A DNA stretch of 64,000 nt from an uncultured delta proteobacterium (lineage in GTDB: Bacteria; Desulfobacterota; Binatia; UBA9968), in the NCBI GenBank assembly GCA_963728565.1, contig CAVSLC010000013.1, positions 288,001 through 352,000 of the forward strand, written 5' to 3'. This document shows, piece by piece, positions 49,880 through 61,239 of this stretch. A program made the translations under genes and the position numbers. Positions within the stretch are counted from its first letter, which is position 1; each line of letters opens with the position of its first letter. The notes beneath the pieces are model-generated. The model saw nothing but the letters and a program-made list of their open reading frames with translations. It ran no database searches and was not told where the DNA came from.

Positions 49880-50734
49880 TTACGGTACTGCTTTCGCTGT
49901 CTCTCCTCTTTTCCCCCGTTGACGCCGTAACAGCGTCCAACACCATAAGAGGGGCCCGGATAATGTGTACAACAGGAAACTGGTAAAAAACATAACCTGC
50001 GGCGCCAGAACAGCGAGTTTAATCAAGATCAAACCAAGAACTAAGGCCGGGATCGGCAGACGCTTGCGCAAATCGGTGCTCTTCACACTGAAATAATGAA
50101 ACCCGCTAACCATCAAGAGAGCCAGACCATAAATAACCAAGAGAAGCGTCAGATGCTTGTTGGCCGCGCCTTCGCCTCCCATGTAGTAATAAATGAGAAC
50201 TGTCGCTGCGATCATTTCGGCGGCGGCTGGAATCGGTAAGCCGACAAAATGGCCCTTGGCGGCGCTTTTGGCTTGCACGTTGTAACGCGCCAACCGCAAT
50301 GCGCCGCAGACGACGTAGGTGCAAGCCGCCAACCATCCCCAGTTTCCCCAAGGAACAAGTGCCCAGAAATAAACCAGGATCGCTGGCGCTACGCCGAAGG
50401 AAACGACATCCGCAAGAGAATCGAGCTCTACGCCAAATTGACTGGTGGTATTGGTCAGGCGTGCCGCGTAGCCATCCACGCCGTCGAGTACATTGGCCAG
50501 GATGATAAAGAACACCGCCTGAACGTATTCTCCATTGAACGTCGATACGATGGAAAAAAAACCGCACATAATGTTGCCGGCGGTGAACAGACTAGGGATT
50601 AAAAATACCCCTTTTTTAAGTTTCTCCGCAGGCATGCGCTGGCGCAGCGGAACACGCGGCCGTGTTTTTCGATGCAGCAGGCGCACCCTTGCTTGAGAAT
50701 TCGGCTGCGGTTCTGGAGAATTAATCCCATTCAT
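49880..50734 (-). CDS. pssA: CDP-diacylglycerol--serine O-phosphatidyltransferase
   Basis: DGVDG..AR..FGVELDSLAD.VSFGVAPA, RLARYN, FVGLPIP. Confidence 0.95.
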   Translation of the reverse strand: MNGINSPEPQPNSQARVRLLHRKTRPRVPLRQRMPAEKLKKGVFLIPSLFTAGNIMCGFFSIVSTFNGEYVQAVFFIILANVLDGVDGYAARLTNTTSQFGVELDSLADVVSFGVAPAILVYFWALVPWGNWGWLAACTYVVCGALRLARYNVQAKSAAKGHFVGLPIPAAAEMIAATVLIYYYMGGEGAANKHLTLLLVIYGLALLMVSGFHYFSVKSTDLRKRLPIPALVLGLILIKLAVLAPQVMFFTSFLLYTLSGPLLWCWTLLRRQRGKRGETAKAVP

Positions 50735-51360
50735 ACGAATCGTCCTACAATTGTTTCTCCGCCTTTCACCCTCTGCCCTTCCGAAACTTCAATGCGACTG
50801 CTGTCCGGTAAGTAAAGATCGGTTCGAGACCCGAACATAATCAGACCGAATTTAGCGCCCCTGCTCAGGAGATCGCTTTTTCGCGCGCGGCAGATAATCC
50901 GCCGAGCCACAACTCCGGCAACCTGCACAACCTCAACTTCTCGACTTTGGTCATCGACTAGCCTTAAGCTATTCTGTTCATTTTTCTCTGAAGCATCGTC
51001 TTTATAAGCCGCGATAAACTTGCCCGGCGTATGCTTCACATCTTCAACTTTGCCACCGATGGGCGAGCGATTGATATGGACATCCAACGGCGACAAGAAA
51101 ATACTAACACGAGCGTCGGCTTTTTTCATTAGACGGCCCTGTGTAACTTTGGTGATGCTGACGACTCTACCATCTGCCGGTGCAACAATCAGTCCCTCTC
51201 CATCCGGGGGACGGCGTTCCGGATCCCGGAAAAAAGCCAGCACTCCTAGCGCGAAAATACCTAAAATACCCGCAAGCCCTGACCAGCCAATCGCCCATGC
51301 CGCAGCGCTTAAAGACGCGGTGAACAGAATAAGTGGATAACCTTCTTTGGCAACCCTCAT
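50731..51360 (-). CDS. psd: Phosphatidylserine decarboxylase
   Basis: FFRDPER, APADG, DVHINR, FGS cleavage motif. Confidence 0.95.
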   Translation of the reverse strand: MRVAKEGYPLILFTASLSAAAWAIGWSGLAGILGIFALGVLAFFRDPERRPPDGEGLIVAPADGRVVSITKVTQGRLMKKADARVSIFLSPLDVHINRSPIGGKVEDVKHTPGKFIAAYKDDASEKNEQNSLRLVDDQSREVEVVQVAGVVARRIICRARKSDLLSRGAKFGLIMFGSRTDLYLPDSSRIEVSEGQRVKGGETIVGRFV

Positions 51361-51418
51361 GCAAAATAGTTCATAAAAGGAGCGGCCCAACGGTGACTGA
51401 ATGCAACTATAACAACGC

Positions 51419-52435
51419 TCAGTTCTTGCTTTTATCGACCAATCGATTCTGCGCCAACCACGGCATCATGGATCTCAGATTCGCGCCCACTTTCTCGAGG
51501 GGATGATTTCCGGCTTCTTTGCGCAGCTCCGAGAAGTGCGGCATGCCGCACTTGTACTCGTTGATCCATTCCTCGGCGAAGCTGCCTGACTGAATGTCAC
51601 CGAGAATTTTTTTCATAGCCTGCGCGACCTCGGGGCCGATCACTCGTTTTCCACGGGTCAGATCGCCATACTCAGCCGTATTGCTGATCGAATAGCGCAT
51701 GTTGGTCATGCCCCCTTCATAAATCAAATCCACGATCAGCTTAACTTCGTGAACACATTCGAAATAAGCCATCTCCGGTGGATATCCGGCGTTCACAAGC
51801 GTCTCGTAGCCTGCTTGAATCAGAGCTGTCAACCCACCGCAGAGGACCGCTTGCTCGCCAAAAAGATCCGTTTCTGTTTCGTCTTTAAACGTGGTCTGAA
51901 TGACCGCTGCGCGGGCGCCGCCGAGGGCGCTGGCATAAGCAAGTCCCACTGGGGTGGTATCGCCGCTCGGATCCTGATGAACCGCAAGCAAGCACGGCAC
52001 CCCGCGTCCCTTCTCGAATTCGCTACGCACTAGATGACCGGGCCCCTTGGGCGCGACCATAAAAACATTACAACCTTCAGGTGGCACGACGCGTTTGAAG
52101 TGGATATTGAAGCCGTGACCGAAGGCGAGATAATTTCCGCTCTTTAGACCCGGCTTGATTTCTTTTTCGTAGGCATCCCCTTGCAGCTCGTCGGGGAGTA
52201 GGATCATGATGATGTCGCCGACTTTAGCAGCCTCTGCGGTTTCTAAGACCTTCAGACCGGCCTTCTCGGCTTTCTCCCAGGAACTGCTTTCGCGTTTCAA
52301 ACCGACAACAACATCCACACCGGAATCGCGCAGATTGTTCGCATGAGCATGTCCTTGGCTGCCGTAGCCCAAAACAGCCACCTTTTTTCCCGACAAGTAC
52401 TTTAGATCGGCATCGCGATCATAATAAACTTGCAT
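51419..52435 (-). CDS. ilvC: Ketol-acid reductoisomerase
   Basis: GYGSQG, APKGPG, DLFGEQ. Confidence 0.98.
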   Translation of the reverse strand: MQVYYDRDADLKYLSGKKVAVLGYGSQGHAHANNLRDSGVDVVVGLKRESSSWEKAEKAGLKVLETAEAAKVGDIIMILLPDELQGDAYEKEIKPGLKSGNYLAFGHGFNIHFKRVVPPEGCNVFMVAPKGPGHLVRSEFEKGRGVPCLLAVHQDPSGDTTPVGLAYASALGGARAAVIQTTFKDETETDLFGEQAVLCGGLTALIQAGYETLVNAGYPPEMAYFECVHEVKLIVDLIYEGGMTNMRYSISNTAEYGDLTRGKRVIGPEVAQAMKKILGDIQSGSFAEEWINEYKCGMPHFSELRKEAGNHPLEKVGANLRSMMPWLAQNRLVDKSKN

Positions 52436-52462
52436 TAAGTTCCCCTTCTAGAGCGAAGTTCC

Positions 52463-52491
52463 AATATGGCGAGAACAGACGATCATGTCAA
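52463..52491 (-). promoter_or_regulatory. Internal sigma70-like promoter for ilvC
   Basis: TTGACA-17-CATATT in the ilvN-ilvC gap. Confidence 0.6.
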
Positions 52492-52622
52492 ATTGGAGCT
52501 GACGTAACTACCCGATCTATGTCGCCACTGAAACGGATGATGAAAAGCGTTCTCGGATCTCGCGAGGTTTCTAGCTGACGCCCACTAACGGTGTCTTAGG
52601 AAACATAGAACCTGAGCGCACG

Positions 52623-53144
52623 TCAAGATTTGAGCAAAGCCGGCTCGCGACGAGGTGACGCGGTTCGTGTGGTCTCTCGTGCAATGCCGATCCTGCCCGT
52701 GCGGATAAGCTCCTTTATTCCTAATGGCTTAAGCATATTGATCAGAGCTTCAACCTTGTCGACGTCGCCGGTGATTTCGATTGTGTAAGTGGTTAGTGAA
52801 GAATCGACAATTTTGGCCCGGAAGATGTCTGCAATCCGTACGGCTTCTTCTCGGTGTTCGGGTTTTGTGTGAACTTTGATAAGCGCCGTCTCCCGATCAA
52901 GAAAATCAGTTTCGGTGAGATCCACCACTTCCAGGACTTCCACTACCTTGTTTAACTGCTTCATGATCTGCTCGATGATCCGATCGTCACCGATAGTAAC
53001 GATGGTTATGCGAGAGGTGGTCGGGTCCAAAGTGGCAGCGACCGATAGACTTTCGATGTTATACCCGCGCGCGCTGAACAATCCTGCTACTCTTGCCAAA
53101 ACGCCAAATTTGTTTTCGACGAGAATCGAAATTATATGTTCCAT
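52623..53144 (-). CDS. ilvN: Acetolactate synthase small subunit
   Basis: VENKFGVLARVAGLFSARGYNIESL ACT domain. Confidence 0.96.
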   Translation of the reverse strand: MEHIISILVENKFGVLARVAGLFSARGYNIESLSVAATLDPTTSRITIVTIGDDRIIEQIMKQLNKVVEVLEVVDLTETDFLDRETALIKVHTKPEHREEAVRIADIFRAKIVDSSLTTYTIEITGDVDKVEALINMLKPLGIKELIRTGRIGIARETTRTASPRREPALLKS

Positions 53145-53155
53145 TCGCTGAAAAA

Positions 53156-54934
53156 TCAGGCAGGAAGAACTCCGTCGCCCTCATCCACCTTTCTCTTTTG
53201 TGTTCCACCCTTCTTACCTCGATTCAGCTCCGGTGGGTCCTCAAGCATCATTTCGTGTTGGGCGCCGCCCGCAGGAATCATTGGATAACAGTTCTCATAA
53301 GGATCGGTATGGATATCCATCAGCACCGGCCCTCTATGCTTCAAGCCGTCTTTTAGCACGGGCTCGACATCGCTCGGCTTTAGCGCGCGCAGCCCCTTGA
53401 TCCCGTAAGCATCCGCCAGTTTCACAAAATCAGGCATCTTCCCCAAAAGACTCGCCGAGTAACGTCCTTCATAGAACAGATCCTGCCATTGCCGAACCAT
53501 CCCATGCACTCCGTTGTTGAGCAGGACGATTTTGACAGCCAGCTTTTGCTCCGCGCATGTGACTAGTTCCTGTAGATTCATTTGGAAGCTACCTTCGCTA
53601 GTAATGCAAAGCACCATTCGATTCGGAAAAGCTTTTTGCGCGCCAATCGCCGCCGGGAAGCCAAAACCCATTGTGCCCAGACCGCCTGAGGTGAGCCATG
53701 TTCTCGGCTTGGTGCCCTTGAAGTATTGCGCGGCAAACATCTGGTGCTGGCCGACATCAGTGGCGACGATCGCTTCATGTTTGGTCAATTCGAAGAGCTT
53801 GTCGATGACAAACTGTGGTTTGATGATCTTGTCATCTTGCTTGTATGACAACGGATGCGCCGTTCGCCATTCTTCGACCTGCTTCAACCAGGGTGCCCGA
53901 GACGCTCTGATCTTGGCAGGATTACCGTCCATGGATCGGAGCATGACGTTCATCTGCCGCAGAACCGCTTTCACATCGCCGACAATCGGGATATGGGCGT
54001 GGAAAGTCTTTCTTATCGAAGTTGGGTCAATGTCGATGTGAACGACGCGTGCCTCGGGACAAAACTCGGAAAGCTTACCGGTCACACGATCGTCAAAACG
54101 CGCGCCGACGGCAATTAACAAATCAGCATGATGCATCGCCATGTTGGTCCAGTAACCACCGTGCATTCCCAACATGCCGAGGGACAGCGGATGGGTGCCG
54201 GGGAAACTACCCAAACCCATCAAAGTCATGGTCACAGGAATTTGTGTGATTTCGGCCAACTCACGGATTTCATCCGCAGCATTGGAAAAAATAGCACCGC
54301 CGCCAACGTAGATCATCGGCTTTTTCGCCTTCATGATCTCTTCAGCAGCTTGGCGAATGTGTTGTTTGCTACCTCCGATTATAGGGTTGTAGCCGCGCAA
54401 GCTGACTTTTTCCGGGTATTTGAATTCTGCTCTGGCTGTACTCACATCCTTTGGAATATCGACTAAAACAGGTCCCGGTCGGCCGCTCGTCGCAATATAA
54501 AATGCTTCTTTGATGATCTGCGCCAGATCATTGACATCCTTGACCAGCACATTGTGCTTGGTGCACGGACGGCTGATACCCACGTTGTCGGCTTCTTGGA
54601 ATGCATCATTGCCAATCAAGTCCGTCGAGACCTGACCCGTGAAGGCAACCAGGGGAACCGAATCCATGTATGCATCGGCAAGCCCGGTGACGATGTTGGT
54701 CATTCCAGGCCCTGAAGTCACCAAAATGACGCCAGCCTTCCCGGTTGCTTTGGCATACCCCTCTGCCATATGGGCGGCGCCTTGTTCATGCCGCGTTAGG
54801 ACCAGCTCGATATCTTTTTGCTGGCACAGTACATCAAAGATTTTCAACACCACTCCACCGGGCAACCCAAAAACGGTTTTGACGCCTTCGCGTCTTAATG
54901 ATTCACAGAATATCTCGGCCCCGGTAATTTTCAT
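53156..54934 (-). CDS. ilvB: Acetolactate synthase large subunit
   Basis: RHEQ, TSGPG, GMHG, DVGQHQM, SGGLGTMG, GMVRQWQ. Confidence 0.97.
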   Translation of the reverse strand: MKITGAEIFCESLRREGVKTVFGLPGGVVLKIFDVLCQQKDIELVLTRHEQGAAHMAEGYAKATGKAGVILVTSGPGMTNIVTGLADAYMDSVPLVAFTGQVSTDLIGNDAFQEADNVGISRPCTKHNVLVKDVNDLAQIIKEAFYIATSGRPGPVLVDIPKDVSTARAEFKYPEKVSLRGYNPIIGGSKQHIRQAAEEIMKAKKPMIYVGGGAIFSNAADEIRELAEITQIPVTMTLMGLGSFPGTHPLSLGMLGMHGGYWTNMAMHHADLLIAVGARFDDRVTGKLSEFCPEARVVHIDIDPTSIRKTFHAHIPIVGDVKAVLRQMNVMLRSMDGNPAKIRASRAPWLKQVEEWRTAHPLSYKQDDKIIKPQFVIDKLFELTKHEAIVATDVGQHQMFAAQYFKGTKPRTWLTSGGLGTMGFGFPAAIGAQKAFPNRMVLCITSEGSFQMNLQELVTCAEQKLAVKIVLLNNGVHGMVRQWQDLFYEGRYSASLLGKMPDFVKLADAYGIKGLRALKPSDVEPVLKDGLKHRGPVLMDIHTDPYENCYPMIPAGGAQHEMMLEDPPELNRGKKGGTQKRKVDEGDGVLPA

Positions 54935-54961
54935 CTTCCTTCCTTTGTAATTAAAATGTAA

Positions 54962-55192
54962 CTAAACAGTGCTTTGGCGGTAGCGACCGAGGATCTCCAT
55001 AATCTTATCCTTACCCGCCAGTTTCATTTTCTGCAGCCGTTTCTTCTCGACTTCCTCATCAGGAGAAAGATGAAGTTTATGCTGGAATTGATCGAGCTTT
55101 TTCTCCAGCTCTTGATGCTCTTCATAATATTGCTTGAGCTCGGGATCACGATCTAAAAGAGAAGCAATCGCCGTCTTTTCGCTATCCTCCAT
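54962..55192 (-). CDS. DUF465 (YdcH-like) coiled-coil protein
   Basis: EEHQELE..KRLQKMKLAGKD.I; AAGGAGG RBS. Confidence 0.88.
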   Translation of the reverse strand: MEDSEKTAIASLLDRDPELKQYYEEHQELEKKLDQFQHKLHLSPDEEVEKKRLQKMKLAGKDKIMEILGRYRQSTV

Positions 55193-55234
55193 ATACGAGC
55201 CTCCTTTAATCTTATGAAGTTTTTTGCGCGCCTC

Positions 55235-55263
55235 AATCTACCGTACGGTCTAATCCTTGTCAA
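55235..55263 (-). promoter_or_regulatory. sigma70 promoter of DUF465-ilv operon
   Basis: TTGACA-17-TAGATT. Confidence 0.7.
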
Positions 55264-55282
55264 CGTAACTTACGCGTAGATT

Positions 55283-56020
55283 TCAACTACTTAAGGTCAG
55301 CTTCATTCGTGATTCGCACTCCGGTCGACGCAAGTACACCGGCGTTAAATCTTCCAACCGAACTGACGAGTGATCGGTAAATTGGCGCTCACTTAAAAGC
55401 GCGATTGAAGCTGCCACCGATGACATCTCCTGGTCATCAGCAATGTAGATTTGTAAATCCGAGACTCGTTCGAGAACATGACCATAAGTGGTCACTCCAT
55501 CGCCGATGAATAAACATGGCGCCGGTTTTCCCAAACTGCGAAGTTCTTCAAGAAAACTCAGGAACGGCATCAACGCATCTTGCGTTATACGCTCAAGTTG
55601 ATTTCCATGTATACGAAATACCGCGGCGTAAACCTCACCCTTGCGGGCATCCAGAATGGGGCACACCCTTCCCTCGAAACCGACTACCCGCGCGGCGATG
55701 GCTTGCAGTGTTGAAATCCCCACCGCCGGCATACCGGTTCCATAGGCAAGTCCTTTAACCGTGCTTAAGCCAATTCGAACTCCGGTGAACGAGCCTGGCC
55801 CGATCGAAACGGCGATGCCGGCTAGCTCACTCAATTCGGTTCCTGCGCGCCGCAGCACCGCGTCGACAAGCGGCAGAATGATCTCTGCATGATTGGACCT
55901 GCCCCCCGATCCCTCGGCGCTTCCTTTCCTTGGGTAGAAGTCCTCCGCAACTAGCCGGCCATCTTCACTGATCGCAACACTTGCAACCGAAATTGACGTA
56001 TCGAGACCAAGAATTCTCAT
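55283..56020 (-). CDS. tsaB: tRNA threonylcarbamoyladenosine biosynthesis protein
   Basis: LGLDTS, GPGSFTGVRIG, DARKGEVY, PVYLR. Confidence 0.95.
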   Translation of the reverse strand: MRILGLDTSISVASVAISEDGRLVAEDFYPRKGSAEGSGGRSNHAEIILPLVDAVLRRAGTELSELAGIAVSIGPGSFTGVRIGLSTVKGLAYGTGMPAVGISTLQAIAARVVGFEGRVCPILDARKGEVYAAVFRIHGNQLERITQDALMPFLSFLEELRSLGKPAPCLFIGDGVTTYGHVLERVSDLQIYIADDQEMSSVAASIALLSERQFTDHSSVRLEDLTPVYLRRPECESRMKLTLSS

Positions 56021-57099
56021 CCGCCAGCCGGCTTCTCGAACAATCGGAAAATATCATTGGCGAAGGCAAAGATCATGAGCAGTAAAAGCAAAAAGATGCC
56101 GACCTGCTGCGCCTTTTCGCGATACTTTAAAGAAACCGGCCGCCCGATGATCGCCTCAACGGCAAAGAAGAAAAGATGACCGCCGTCAAGCACCGGGACC
56201 GGTAACAGATTGAGGACACCGAGATTGATGCTCAAGACCGCGAGAAACGCCAGAAAACTTCCGATGCCCTCTTGAGCCTGCTGCCCAGCCATTTGGGCAA
56301 TCAGGATCGGCCCGCCCAAGTTGCGCGGCGAAACTTCTCGCGTAATCATCTTATAGAGTCCGATCAAAGTAAGCTTGGAGTATTCGTATGTTTGTATAAA
56401 GGCTTTGCTGACCGCCAAACCGGGGTCGCCTTTTTCGATCGAAACTTGACTGCCGATACCAATCATCCAGTCTTCTTTTAATTCACCGAAAATATTCTTT
56501 ACTTCCCTTTTCCTCGGTTGAACCGTCATGGCCACTTCTTCGCCGCTTCTCTGAACGCGCAAAGCTAAGGGCTGTCCACCGCTTTGCTTAATCGCGCTGG
56601 AAAGATCGTCCCAGGCCGTGACTCCCTGGCCATCAACGGCGACAATGCGATCACCTTTTTGGACTCCCGCCTGCGCGGCCGGCGAATCCGGTTCAACCGC
56701 TCCAACTAGATTTGATAGGACCGGCACTCCATAAAAAAGAAAGACCACCATCAACAGAAACACCGCGAGTAACAGGTTGAATCCCGGGCCGGCGGCGACG
56801 ATTGCGGTGCGTTTGAGAAGCGATTTATGAGCAAAGGAACGTTCGAGATCGACCGCCTTGACTTCTTCCTCCGGGTCTTCGCCAACCATTTTTACATAGC
56901 CGCCCAAAGGAAACGCGCTCAGAGCATATTCAGTTTCACCCTTCTTTTTCACCCACAGCTTGGGTCCGAATCCAACCGAAAACGTCAGAACCCCGACGCC
57001 TGAGAGCTTAGCAAGAAGAAAGTGTCCGAACTCGTGAAAAACGATGAGCACGCCAAGCCCGACCACCGCCGCTAGGATCGAATAGAGCAGATTTTCCAT
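56017..57099 (-). CDS. rseP: RIP metalloprotease
   Basis: HEFGH, PDZ domain, NLLPVPVLDGG. Confidence 0.96.
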   Translation of the reverse strand: MENLLYSILAAVVGLGVLIVFHEFGHFLLAKLSGVGVLTFSVGFGPKLWVKKKGETEYALSAFPLGGYVKMVGEDPEEEVKAVDLERSFAHKSLLKRTAIVAAGPGFNLLLAVFLLMVVFLFYGVPVLSNLVGAVEPDSPAAQAGVQKGDRIVAVDGQGVTAWDDLSSAIKQSGGQPLALRVQRSGEEVAMTVQPRKREVKNIFGELKEDWMIGIGSQVSIEKGDPGLAVSKAFIQTYEYSKLTLIGLYKMITREVSPRNLGGPILIAQMAGQQAQEGIGSFLAFLAVLSINLGVLNLLPVPVLDGGHLFFFAVEAIIGRPVSLKYREKAQQVGIFLLLLLMIFAFANDIFRLFEKPAGG

Positions 57100-57116
57100 A
57101 TTATCTCCTTAAGTCG

Positions 57117-58265
57117 TCAGTGAACCAGCGACGCTGCCCGTTCTCTCGCCCAGCGATCGACTTCTAGAACATCTTCCACGTCTCGCGCGGGTTGTGATGA
57201 ATGGCCGCACATGGTTCTCTCGATGGTTCGATGAATCTCACGAAAACCGATCTTGCCGGCCAAGAATGCGTCGACCGCGATCTCATTGGCGGCGTTTAGA
57301 ACTGCCGGCATAGTGCCGCCCTGTTTCAATGCATCATAGGCCAATCCAAGCGCGGGGTAACGCTTTTTCTCCACTGGTAAAAAGTTTAGCTCTCCATGAT
57401 CCGTCAATTCCAGAGGCTTCCAACCGCCATCGAGTCGGTGCGGATACGCCAGCGCATAAGCGATGGGAATACGCATATCCGGTATTCCCATTTGTGCTAT
57501 GATCGTGCCGTCTTGATAACGGACCATGGAGTGGACGATACTCTGCGGATGGATCACCACATCAATCCGTGAGGGGTCCATATTGAACTCCCAGTGGGCT
57601 TCAACGACCTCCAGCCCCTTGTTCATCATCGTCGCCGAATCAATGGTGATTTTTCGACCCATCTTCCAATTCGGATGTTTCAACGCCTGGGAAATCGTCA
57701 CACTACCCAACCGGCTGAGCGGCGTTTTTAGGAACGGTCCACCCGAGGCAGTGAGAATCAGTTTGTCAACTTCGTCGCGCTGATTTCCTTCAAGACACTG
57801 AAAAATGGCGCTGTGCTCACTGTCGACAGGAAAGAGCCGAGACTTTGACTTTTTTGCTTCATTAACCAGTATCTCTCCGGCCATCACCAGCGCCTCTTTA
57901 TTTGCAAGCGCGACCTCTTTGCCGGCGCGAGTGGCTTCAAGCGTTGGTACGAGTCCGGCGGCCCCGACAATCGCCGCGAGCACGACATCAACCTCGTTAG
58001 CTGTCGAGACATCCGTAGCGCCTCTGACGCCCCAGCCAATCTCGATAGATTTCTTACCCAGCAACTTACGCAGGCGCGGCACGTCGCTCTCATTTTTGAT
58101 GGCGACACACTGCGGCGCGAATTCTTTAATCTGCGCCGCAAGGAGCTTCAAATTTTCGCCGGCAACCATGCCAAAAATTCTAAATCGGTCAGGAAATCGG
58201 CGCACCAGATCCAAAGTGCTTACTCCGATTGAACCTGTTGAACCGAGTAAAGCGATTGATCTCAT
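57117..58265 (-). CDS. dxr: 1-deoxy-D-xylulose-5-phosphate reductoisomerase
   Basis: GSTGSIG, PVDSEH, HPNWKMG, NKGLE, NAANE. Confidence 0.98.
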   Translation of the reverse strand: MRSIALLGSTGSIGVSTLDLVRRFPDRFRIFGMVAGENLKLLAAQIKEFAPQCVAIKNESDVPRLRKLLGKKSIEIGWGVRGATDVSTANEVDVVLAAIVGAAGLVPTLEATRAGKEVALANKEALVMAGEILVNEAKKSKSRLFPVDSEHSAIFQCLEGNQRDEVDKLILTASGGPFLKTPLSRLGSVTISQALKHPNWKMGRKITIDSATMMNKGLEVVEAHWEFNMDPSRIDVVIHPQSIVHSMVRYQDGTIIAQMGIPDMRIPIAYALAYPHRLDGGWKPLELTDHGELNFLPVEKKRYPALGLAYDALKQGGTMPAVLNAANEIAVDAFLAGKIGFREIHRTIERTMCGHSSQPARDVEDVLEVDRWARERAASLVH

Positions 58266-59069
58266 GGGTGAAAGACCTTCAAATATGCAGTCGTAAAAAC
58301 AGCCGGGAAGATGAGACTATCGAGCCGATCCAGCAAACCGCCGTGACCCGGAAGAAGCCTGCCTGAATCCTTCACGGCAAAAACGCGCTTGATCCACGAC
58401 TCAAACAAATCGCCCAGTTGACCCAATACACTAAGCACGCCCTGAGACGATCGCCAACTCGATCCAGCGTAATCCGATGTCGAGGAAAATTCCCACCAAG
58501 GAACCCGCCAAAACACCACCGAGGACGTACCCGACAGCTCCCTCAACCGTTTTCCCGGGACTGATTTCGGGCGCCAATTTTTTGGTTCCGAAGCGACGGC
58601 CAACGAAGTAGGCGCAGATATCGCCTGCCATAATCACCGCGAGGACGAAGAACACCCAAGCTCTTCCATGTGGCAGTCGAAACAGCAAACTCCAATGTGG
58701 CAAAAGATAGCCCAGGTACAGTGATCCCAAAAGGGTCCACGCAAGTCGTGCCAACCGTTCCTCGAGTTGCCGCTGCATGAAAATGTAAATCGAGAACATT
58801 AGGACAAGCAATGGAGCCAGAATCAACTCTCCAGGTGTTAGCTGCGGAAAAAACACTACTGAAGAAACCGCAAGTCCAAAAGCGATGCCGATTATTTGGT
58901 CTCTCGAACGGCCAGGAAAACCCATCGCGAAATATTCACGCAAGGCTCCAAGCGTAGTCAGAAAAACAAAGCCGTGAAATAACCAGGGATCACCCCAACC
59001 GATAAGAACAATTAAAAGCGGTATTCCGACAAATCCGGTAAGCAGCCTTGCCTTAAGATTCGCGTCCAC
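58262..59069 (-). CDS. cdsA: Phosphatidate cytidylyltransferase (frameshift at ~58441)
   Basis: ISPGKTVEG in first ORF; [25 protein letters not shown] in second; join on removing one G. Confidence 0.93.
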
Positions 59070-59832
59070 TACTCCCCACTCTTAGACGAGTCGGTTCGGT
59101 AATCTGCTCATCGGTTCTGCCGAACCGCCTGCGACGGCGTTGATACTCTTGCAGAGCTTGGAAGTATTCTTGTTCACGGAAGTCGGGCCAAAGAGTCGGA
59201 GTGACATAGAGTTCAGTATACGCAATCTGCCATAAGTAAAAGTTACTTATTCGCATTTCACCGCTGGTCCGTATCAATAGATCCGGATCGGGTATGTCGG
59301 GCGTGTCCATATGAGCGGAAACGATTTCCTCCTCGACGTCGCTCGATTGAAACTCGCCGGCGAGGACTCTGCGCCTAATCTTATTGACCATTCGCACGAT
59401 CTCATCTCGGCCGCTATAACTCAGGGCTAAAACCACCGTCATTCGAGTGTTGCGCTGCGTTAACTCTATCACATCCTCCAGGGTTCTGCGGACGTTTAGC
59501 GGCAATCGATCCCGGTTTCCAATCGCCTTTAGCCTGATGCCATAGCGCATCATTTTGGGCTGTTCAGCAACAAGGTAGGTTTCCAGCAACCCCATCAGTG
59601 CATGAACTTCGTCCTGAGGGCGCAGCCAGTTTTCCGTAGAGAATGCGAAGAGAGTCAAAAAAGGAATCCCCAGCTTTCGCGTCGTTTCGACAATGACGCG
59701 AACTGAGGTTTTGCCACGACGGTGCCCTTCGATCCGGCTCTTTCCCTGCAGAGTCGCCCAGCGCCCGTTCCCATCCATGATGATTGCTACATGGTGTGGC
59801 AGCCGACTTCTATCGAGGTCCTTAGAATCCAT
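59053..59832 (-). CDS. uppS: Undecaprenyl diphosphate synthase
   Basis: IMDGNGRW, FSTENW, RTSGE.RISNF. Confidence 0.97.
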   Translation of the reverse strand: MDSKDLDRSRLPHHVAIIMDGNGRWATLQGKSRIEGHRRGKTSVRVIVETTRKLGIPFLTLFAFSTENWLRPQDEVHALMGLLETYLVAEQPKMMRYGIRLKAIGNRDRLPLNVRRTLEDVIELTQRNTRMTVVLALSYSGRDEIVRMVNKIRRRVLAGEFQSSDVEEEIVSAHMDTPDIPDPDLLIRTSGEMRISNFYLWQIAYTELYVTPTLWPDFREQEYFQALQEYQRRRRRFGRTDEQITEPTRLRVGSSGRES

Positions 59833-59934
59833 TATTGAGCCGTGCGGGTACTGACGTGTTGAGACAATTGCGCCCCGTATTCGAGCGGAACGCGGCGCAT
59901 CTGAGGCTGGCTGTTCAGCGGAGATCTCCGGCCC

Positions 59935-60492
59935 CTAGACCTCCATGATCTCCTCCTCTTTAGTTTTCAAAACCTTATCGACTCGAGCGATGTAATCATC
60001 GGTGATTTTTTGAACCCGTTCCTGACCGTGTTTGATTTCGTCGGCGGTAATCTCTTTCTTTTTTTCCGATTCTTTTAGATGCTCGATGGCCAAGCGTCGA
60101 TGATTACGCATCGAAACGCGAAACTCTTCGCCGGTTTTCTTAACGTGCTTTACCAAATCCTTACGGCGTTCCTCAGTCAGTTGTGGTATGGGGACCCGGA
60201 TGATCTTGCCGTCGTTCGCGGGAGTCAGGCCCAAGTCGCTCTTGAGAATCGCCTTTTCGATTTCACCGAGCGCGTTTCTGTCAAAAGGCTGAATCACTAA
60301 CAGCCTTGGCTCCGGGGCGCTTAAGGTAGCCAATTGATTCAAAGGAGTAGTAGCGCCGTAATAATCAACCAGGACGCCTTCCAGGAGAGCCGTCGATGCC
60401 CTTCCCGTCCGAACCCTTCCCAATTCTTTGCGCAGAGCCGCAACAGACCCTTCCATCTCTTTTTGTAACTGAGTGAAAATAGCCTCGTTCAT
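59935..60492 (-). CDS. frr: Ribosome recycling factor
   Basis: RTGRAS, VDYYG, LTEERRK. Confidence 0.98.
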   Translation of the reverse strand: MNEAIFTQLQKEMEGSVAALRKELGRVRTGRASTALLEGVLVDYYGATTPLNQLATLSAPEPRLLVIQPFDRNALGEIEKAILKSDLGLTPANDGKIIRVPIPQLTEERRKDLVKHVKKTGEEFRVSMRNHRRLAIEHLKESEKKKEITADEIKHGQERVQKITDDYIARVDKVLKTKEEEIMEV

Positions 60493-61220
60493 CGTTTCCC
60501 CGCACTTACTAATGTGCCGATTGCTTCACCGGCTACGACTCTCTTAATATTCCCCTTTTCCATCAAATTGAAAACGACAATGGGAAGCTGATGATCCATG
60601 CAAAGTGAGATTGCTGTCGAATCCATTACCTTTAGCTCACGGTTTAAAACCTCGATGTAAGTCAATTCTTCAAATTTGGTCGCCCCTTCGAATTTAAATG
60701 GGTCGGCGTCATAGACGCCTTCCACCTTGGTTGCCTTCAGTATGACTTCCGCGCCAATCTCCATTGCGCGCAGGCTCGCAGTAGTGTCGGTTGTAAAATA
60801 AGGATTGCCTGTGCCACCGGCAAAAATAACAACGCGACCTTTTTCCAGGTGCCGTGTTGCTCTACGTCTGATGTAAGGCTCTGCCACTTGCCGCATTTCG
60901 ATTGCTGATAAGACTCGCGTGGACACACCCAATTTCTCCAACGCGTCTTGAAGAGCAAGGCTGTTGATAACCGTTGCCAGCATACCCATGGTATCGGCGC
61001 TCGCCCGATCCATGCCGATCTCGCTCGCGACGGCGCCCCGAAAGATATTGCCACCGCCGATGACCAATGCCATCTCGCAGCCAATCTCTTTGACTTCCTT
61101 GATCTCTTGCGCAAATGCCTTGACCGTTTGCGCATCGATACCAAACTTCTGAGGGCCGGCGAAAATTTCACCGGTGACCTTAAGAATAATGCGTTTGTAC
61201 TTGAGTTTCGACTCGCTCAT
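60489..61220 (-). CDS. pyrH: UMP kinase
   Basis: [22 protein letters not shown]. Confidence 0.98.
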   Translation of the reverse strand: MSESKLKYKRIILKVTGEIFAGPQKFGIDAQTVKAFAQEIKEVKEIGCEMALVIGGGNIFRGAVASEIGMDRASADTMGMLATVINSLALQDALEKLGVSTRVLSAIEMRQVAEPYIRRRATRHLEKGRVVIFAGGTGNPYFTTDTTASLRAMEIGAEVILKATKVEGVYDADPFKFEGATKFEELTYIEVLNRELKVMDSTAISLCMDHQLPIVVFNLMEKGNIKRVVAGEAIGTLVSAGKR

Positions 61221-61239
61221 GCCTTTCTTCCGACGAGCC

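Noticed and set aside
49880-51360. psd-pssA embedded in the ilv-leu cluster
   Set aside because: Arrangement already familiar from delta-proteobacteria; not novel
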